This document shows positions 55,261-64,000 of a DNA stretch of 64,000 bases, one piece after another (position 1 is the stretch's first letter; each line of letters starts with the position of its first letter). The position numbers and the translations under genes were made by a program. The stretch is taken from assembly GCF_009914755.1 (NCBI RefSeq), contig NC_060941.1, one strand, 5' to 3'. The stretch is from the human T2T-CHM13v2.0 reference genome, Homo sapiens. A model generated the notes under the pieces. It was not told the origin of the DNA, made no database searches, and saw only the letters and a list, made by a program, of their open reading frames with translations.

Positions 55261-56460
55261 AAAACAGCATGGTTGTTCCTCAAAAAATTAAAAATAGAAT
55301 TACCATATGATCCAGCAGTTACACTTCTGGTATATGCCCAAAAGAACTGAAAACAGGATCTCAAAGAGTTATTTATACACCCCTGTTTAGAGCAGCATTA
55401 TTCACGATGGCCAAGAGGTAGAAACAACCGAGGCATCCATGGATGGATGAATGGATAAACAATATGTGGTATGTACATACAATGTAATGTTATTCAGCCT
55501 TAGAAATAAACGGAATTCTGGCTGGGCATGGTGGCTCACACCTGTAGTCCCAGCACTTTGGGAGGCCGAGGGCAGGTGGGTCACTTGAGTCCAGGAGTTG
55601 GAGACCAGCTTGGCCATCATGGCAAAACCCTGTCTCTACTAAAAATACAAAAATTAGGCAGGGTGCAGTGGCTCACGCCTGTAATCCCAGCACTTTGGGA
55701 GGCCGAGGCAGGTGGATCAGGAGGTCAAGAGATCGAGACCATCCTAGCCAACATGGTGAAACCCTGTCTCTACTAAAAGTACAAAAATTAGCCAGGTGTG
55801 GTGGTGTGTGCCTGTGGTCCCAGCTACTCGGGAGGCTGAGGCAGGAGAATTCTTGAACCCAGGAGGCAGAGGTTGCAGTGAGCCAAGATCATGCCACTGC
55901 ACTCCAGCCTGGCAACAGAGCGAGATCCTATCTCAAAAAAAAAAAAAAAAAAAATTAGCCAGGTGTGGTGGCACAAGCCTGTAATTCCAGCTACTCGGGA
56001 GACTGAGGCATAAGAATCAATTGAACCTGGGAGGTGGAGGTTGCAGTGAGCTGAGCAGCAGAGCACGACCCTGTCTAAAATAAATAAATAAAAATAAATA
56101 AATAAATAAATAAATAAAGGGAATTCTGATACATGCCACCACATGGATGAAACTTGAGGACATTATGCTAAGTGAAATAAGCCAGTCACAAAAACACAAG
56201 TGGTATTATTTCACTTCATACATATGAGGTATCTAGGGTAGTCTGAGTCATAGAGACAGAAAGTAAATAGTGGTTGCCAGGATCTGGGAGGAGGAAGAAA
56301 TGGGGATTTGTTTAATGGGTACAGGTTTTCAGTTCTGCAGGATGAAAGGAGTTCTGTAGATTGGCTGCACAACAGTGCGAATGTACTTAATGCCACTTAG
56401 CTGTAGACTTACAAGTGGTTAAGATAGTCAATTTCGTTACGTGTTTTCGACGACAATTTT
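55261..56460 (+). mobile_element. L1MB 3' fragment carrying an Alu (55520-56118) into which a second Alu (55657-55953) is nested
   Basis: L1 motifs AAAATAGAATTACCATATGATCCAGCA and GGACATTATGCTAAGTGAAATAAGCCAGTCAC; outer TSD GGAATTCTG. Confidence 0.85.
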
Positions 56461-56463
56461 TAA

Positions 56464-56852
<389 letters not shown>

Positions 56853-59732
56853 TAATTATAAATTAGAAGGTGATAAGTGCTTTGGGGACAAAACAGAGGC
56901 AGGTGATGAGGAGGTGACAGGGAGTGCTGGGGGAGGGTCTGACCTTTCAGGTGGGTGGTCAGAGGAGGACTCACAGAGGAGGGCCTTTGAGCAGACTTGA
57001 AGGAGAAGGAGTGAGCCATGCAGGCCTTCGGATGCAGGTGAAAGAATGTGATGAGTTGTAAAGCAAGGTATTGTGTTATCACTGGTGGGGACAGACAAAT
57101 GAGACACAGAGAAGGGCCAGAATAAGATCCCACCAGCTCCCAAGCCGAGAAAGTTGGGAAGCTAAGATGCTCAGAATGCCCCCTCTCACCCCACAGCTGC
57201 CTGCAGTTCCCTCTGGCTTCTCTCAGTGCCACCCCTTCCCCCAGCCAGCTGCAGCTCCCCTTCCAAAATATCCAGCCTTATTCAGCTTGTTGGTGACAGC
57301 TAAAGGATGGACCAGTGTCTCCCAGAGGCTGAGAAAGGACGAGTGGGGGCTGCTCCCAAGCCCTGCCTCAGCTGGCGGAGGCCTCTCTAGATGAGCACAG
57401 GAAAGAGTGGGAGGAGGCAGGGGGGTGAGTGAGGGAGGATGGGTGTGGGGGGATGGATCGGGCCAGCGAAGAAAGGAGACAGACAAGAAGCAGGAAAGAA
57501 GAGACTGGCAATGTGCAGACCACGAAGGCAGGTCAGGACCTCCAGGGATGCCACGCACCCCTAAAGCCAAAAGAAATGGGCCCAGAGTGCCCAAGTGGGA
57601 GGAAACCAGCCATTCTTAGGTGGGATGGGGTGGGATAGTAGAGGAGATGTTGGGAATAGTCTCTGGGCCTAGAGGAAAGCAAAAGTCATTGTAGAAGGGG
57701 TCCTAGGATAACTTGAGGGTTTCAGTTATATCGAAGGATTTTCCAAAGCAGATCAACCAGTATTCTCTCTCTGCTTCCCTTCTGCCTGAGCGTGGCCAGG
57801 CATCCCCTTTCAGGCAGGCCGTACATATCTTCAGGATGGAAGAAAATCAAAATCAATCGGGCAGGCAAGAAGAGACCTCTGGAAGGGCAGCTGGGGTCTG
57901 CACAGGCTGCAGGGGAGAGATAAGGGCAACGAAGAGAAAGAGGCTGGCCTGGTTGGCAAGCAGACTGAGGAAAGCAGAGGCAGGCTGAAAATAGATTGGG
58001 GGCGGGAGGAAAGAAAGCCAGGCCAGGAAAGAAGGGAGAGCAGAGGCAATCGATGCCTTCGTGACTCTGACCCAATTTTTCATTTCAGCCTCACCAAAAG
58101 ATGAGGAGATGGTGGGGAAATCGGGAAAGACTGGCAAAGAGGGAGGAGAGTCAGGGCAAAGTAATTTGAGTTCTAAGACCCAGGCGATCGTGGGGTACCA
58201 GTCAGGGATCGTGGTGGGGAGAGGAGGAGGTGTATACTATCCTCAGTACCAGTTTGGACCCCAGCAGAGTTTGGCATCCCAGAATGGGTTTAACAGCTTA
58301 AGGAATGTGAGTGTACCCAGGAAGGAGGGTCAACTATCTAGAAAGGTCAAAGGAGAAAACATGGCCGAGTCGGTCTGGAGACAGTCGGCTACAAAGTAAC
58401 TCCAAGCCTGCATTTTCTTCTCAGAAGAGTGATGAAAGAGAATTTGGTTTTTTAAGTGGTGGGCTGTTAGAGCAGCAAGAGGGATTAAAGTTAGACTTCA
58501 GGAAATCCATCCCATTAGGTAGATTCATGAGATACTAAAACATGTAGATGAGCATACTTATATTCTTTCCTTGGAAATCTTAAAAAATTAGAAGCTCTGC
58601 TATTTGGGCCTGTAGAGGCTCGTCTGAAGGCCAGGGCCTCCCCTCAAAACTTCTGGACGACTGCTGGCTAGAAAGGGGGGTCTAAGATTTTTATTACCCT
58701 GGGGGTAGGGTCTGAAATAAATATCTGGGCCTAAGGCAGGGCTAATGCAGGCACCTGGGTTAGGGAGAATGGGGGAGGCCCAAGGTGGGCTGGATCCGTC
58801 AGCCCTGAAGGAGCCACAGAGACAAGGGGTGGGATTCTAACAGGCAGGACCTATGACATTTACATAACTTTGAATAATGAATAAGCCCAGCTCTGGGGTT
58901 CCTAGTTAGCACTGCTCATCTGCATCTTTATTCAGCTTTATAAATGATTCAGCTCCTACCCCTTCCCCCAGCCCCTGCCCAGCCTGCCCCCAAGCATCGG
59001 GGTAGTTGATTGCTCATTATTTTAGACTAGATTTGTTTCACCAACATTCAGTGAGACATGGAATGGGGGTGGCATGGGAGAGAGGAACAAGTCCAAAAGG
59101 CAAGTGGAGTGAAGGGGTCGGGGGCTGGAGAATGGAAACAGCAGCCGTGGGAAGGGAGGCTCACAGCTGCGAGCAGAGGCACAGAGCTAAGGACGTGGGC
59201 ATCACTCTCCAAAATGCTCCTGGGGCCAGCATCTTCAGGAGAGAAAAGTTTCTTAGATTCCCCGACATGTGCCGGGTTCAAGTCCCACTCGAATCCCCGG
59301 GCTCCCTTACAACTGCTGCCAAGGCCCCCAGCAGGCCCCGTGCTCAGCTCCAGCACAGCACTGAGGCGTTGGAGCAGTCAAGTGAGTACAGCCCCCAGGG
59401 AAGTTCTCACTTTTTCCTGAGGCAGGAATTTTGCTATTTTCACGCAAAAAAAAAAAAATCTGCTACGCTTGTAAGGCAGGAACACGCACCAGGTATATTA
59501 GGGGAGAAAGAAATAGGAACAGATGTACATGGTATGAGAATCTGTAGGGAAAGGGAATGCTGTATCCACAGGGAGTTAGCACCCACCTTGAAAGAGGAAC
59601 CTGGAGAAGATGGGCAGCCCTCACCTGATCGGAGCGGCTCTGGGAGCTGCCTGATCAGCTGGTCAGAAACGGGGAGAAGTATTTAATGGCATGAACACGG
59701 AAGAGTTGGCCGGAAGCTGGTAGGGGGAAAGG

Positions 59733-59875
59733 CAGAGCATTTCTCAACCCTGGCTGCACATTATAACCACCTGGGGAGCTTTAAAAAAGATGATGCTTGG
59801 GACCCACCTAAGACCATTTAAATTAGAATCGCCAAGGGAGAAGGCCCTAGGCACCATATTTTTTAAAAAGCTCTT
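59733..59875. mobile_element. MER5-type hAT element
   Basis: TTTCTCAACCCTGGCTGCACATTATAACCACCTGGGGAGCTTTAAAAA. Confidence 0.75.
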
Positions 59876-60063
59876 CAATTTTATTTGGATCCTAGTTTAA
59901 ACAGACCAATTTTAAAATATATATTATAAAATACATAACAAAACTATATAATAAAATCAGGGAAGTTTAAACATTGACTGGATGTTTTGTGTTAAGGAAT
60001 TATTGATCATTTTTTAGGTGTGATAAGAGTATTGTGATTATATTTTTTAAAGAGTCATTTTCT

Positions 60064-61408
<1,345 letters not shown>

Positions 61409-61446
61409 GTGTGATAACTGTTGAAGCTGCTTGATGGGTAAACAGG

Positions 61447-61807
61447 TGTATTAGTCCAGTCTCACACTGCTATGAAGAAATATCCGAGACTGGGTAATTT
61501 ATAAAGAAAGGTTTAATTGACTCAGTTCTGCATGACTGGGTAAGGCCTCAGGAAACTTACGATCATGATGGAAGGCATCTCTTCACAGGGCTGCAGGAGA
61601 GCGAATGAGTGCAGAGTGAAGAGTGGAAAAGCCCCTTACAAAACCATCAGATCTCTTGAGAACTCACTCACTATCACAAGAACAGCATGGGGGTAACTGC
61701 ACCCATGATTCAATTACCTCCCACCAGGTCCCTCCCACAACACAAGGGGATTATGGGAACTACAATTCAAGATGAGATTTGGGTGGGGACACAGCCAAAC
61801 CATATCA
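61447..61807 (-). mobile_element. Solo THE1 (THE1C-like) MaLR LTR
   Basis: TG...CA ends; 5-bp TSD ACAGG (61442-61446, 61808-61812); reverse complement begins TGATATGGTTTGGCTGTGTCCCCACCCAAATCTC. Confidence 0.92.
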
Positions 61808-64000
61808 ACAGGTTCATTCATTATACTATTATTTTAAAACTTTTTGTATATAAACCAAAACAGCCAGGGGTGAGAACCTCAGAGCCAGCCACTTAGAAGG
61901 ACAAGTGCCACCTCGGCAACTCTGCGGGCAGAACCAGCTTGGAGGAGAACAGGTTTGCAGGACCCTAAATAAGAGGGGAGGGCTCAGTCTCCAATGTCCT
62001 GGGCCCTGGGCAGCACAGAGCCACTTGGGGAAAGAATAACTGGCACTTAGAGACGCAACTTGGGGTTTGGAAGGCTCTGCAAGCTGCTTCACTGTAAGCC
62101 CACACAGCCTCTGGAGTCCCCATGTTTCATGTACTAGGCCTGGAGGCCAGACTGAGGGTGCCGGCTGACTGAGGCAACCAATGCAAACAATCAGCTTCTT
62201 CTCTGTCTCCCTGCCCTCTCCTGACCAGCTTCACAGGGATTCAGACCCCCATCTCAGTTGGCATCCCCCACTGCCCATCACCACTGCTTCCCTGCACTGT
62301 CACTCCTCCCATGGGCTCATCTGCTAGTGCCAGGGAACGTTAGCCCAGCTGACTTCTTCGGGGATCGGGGAAGGCTGAACGCAAATCTGTACAACTGTGG
62401 GCACCCAGACACCCATCGACAGAGGGAGCAGGAGAAGACCCCAGTGGTTGCTGCCAGAACTGTGTGAGCTGCTGAGAGATTCCCCGGTAGATTGACCCTA
62501 CTTGCACATCACTCCTTCAATGAACAAATCAAATGAATCCTAAATGCTCAGGTATCTACCATCCTGGACTAGTTGAGTCTCCTCAGCCTTGGCCCATGGA
62601 CCAACACAGGAATGCCCATGTTCTCCACGTGCTCCTGAGAAATAATTTCCTGCACCACTGAAGTGGATGCCCCCACCCTGCCGCACATCTCAGCCCTGTC
62701 CTCCACCCATTTCCGCTGGTGGCACTACTAGCTCCGGCCTCCTGCTCAGTTTGGGGCTCTATCTGTCTTCTGTGCTCCATTACCTTCCCCCATGGCCTCT
62801 AGGGGCTGGGGAGGGGAGAGTTGGAGGGGGGCTGCTTAAGAGATTTTTGGAATCAGTGCCTGCGCATCACCCGCTGCCATGAGTTATTTCAGCGCTGATG
62901 TTTGTCTCGAGCTGATTATTCCAGCCCGAGAACAGGTGGAGCAGCCTGCGGTGGTTTATTCGTCAGCCAAGGCCATCTGTTCCCAACAAGCTGAGATTTG
63001 TAGCTGATTTCTGCTGGGGAGCAAGGAGTAGGGGTGGGGAGGGAGAGGGAGATCACACCCACACCCCAGGGGACTTGCTCCTCCCAGACCTGCCAGGATG
63101 CCTCAACCCCTGGGCTTCCCTTTTACTAGGGATCCCACATTTTCCAATTTCTCAGAGAAACTCACTGGTCACTCAAGTCAGCAACAATACTTCCCTAAGG
63201 GGCTACACCTTCTTAGATGGAACCATGTATTAGAAGCACAAATCTACCAGCCAGGCACAAAGTCTGGCCACTGAGCCATGTCCCCACCTTGCAGATCTTA
63301 AAAAAAAAAAAAAAAAAAAGTATATCACTATGACACAAATGTCCTAAATGACCTTCTCAACTCTTGGCTCCTCCTCATCCCAACCCCACTGCCAGTCCCT
63401 TTAACAAAAACAGCCTCACCTAAACCGATCACCTGCAGGGCTCTCAGCTGCATGGGAGGGCTTGATCTAGATGCTCTTGTCTCATCTGCGCTGCTCGCCT
63501 CCCCTAAATACCCTGTTCATGTTCCACCCTCCAATCTGTTCCTCTTCCAGCTTCCCTCTCAGCCATGCCGAGAGAAGCCTGCTGCTTTAAGAATGGCTTT
63601 CCCTGAGCAAGGGATCTAAGCAGTTTCTAAGCAGCTTTGCCACACGGTTTACCCCCTCCCGCCCACCCGCCTGCTATGATTTCTGTATATGAAATGTTGG
63701 GAAAGAAGTGATTCTTATAATCATGCTAATATGACAATTTGGGGCCTTCTTTGGTGTTGCTACACACATCTGTACTGACTTTTAAAAATTGTATGAAAAC
63801 TTGGTATTGAAAGCACAGCCACTTCATCTATAACCCCACATCCCCAGGTAAAACTACTTATAGTTTTCAGAGGTCCCTTCTAATATTTATTTATTGATCT
63901 GTGTTTTCCCTTCTACTTTTGTCATGTCTATATGTAACCTTAGGAACCCATTAACAGAGCTGTAAGACTGCCTCACTTTCTAGTTGGTTCTCTAGGCTTA

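Noticed and set aside
59006-59686. 226-aa ORF downstream of PIPOX
   Set aside because: TTG start, includes an A-run, no recognisable homology.
63300-63319. Isolated A20 run after TT, a possible tail-only retro-insertion
   Set aside because: No TSD or element body found; cannot be distinguished from slippage.

Overview
Primate, almost certainly human, genomic DNA; the gene order SEZ6 (minus) then PIPOX (plus) matches my recollection of 17q11.2. The window holds: (i) the CpG-island promoter and signal-peptide first coding exon of SEZ6 (CDS 2554-2608, minus; the rest of the gene lies left of the window); (ii) a ~37 kb repeat-rich intergenic interval with an orphan CpG island (~16.55-16.95 kb) and a full-length NDUFS5 processed pseudogene whose 106-codon ORF is still intact; (iii) the complete 8-exon PIPOX gene (390 aa, covalent-FAD Cys319, C-terminal PTS1 AHL; CDS 39944-53023); (iv) ~10 kb of downstream repeat-rich sequence with a solo THE1 LTR. 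Nearly all other ORFs in the track are Alu, microsatellite or GC-rich artefacts. I see no demonstrably new multi-gene system. The best leads are: a candidate signal-peptide-less alternative first exon of SEZ6; a possible spliced antisense-NDUFS5 RNA from the orphan CpG island using the retrocopy's poly-T as a splice acceptor; REST and ASCL1-type sites at SEZ6; an OCT4-SOX2 composite plus HNF4A site at PIPOX; and several transposon-derived RNA-processing signals in PIPOX. Repeat subfamilies and reference proteins were recognised from memory, not by database search, and repeat boundaries are approximate.
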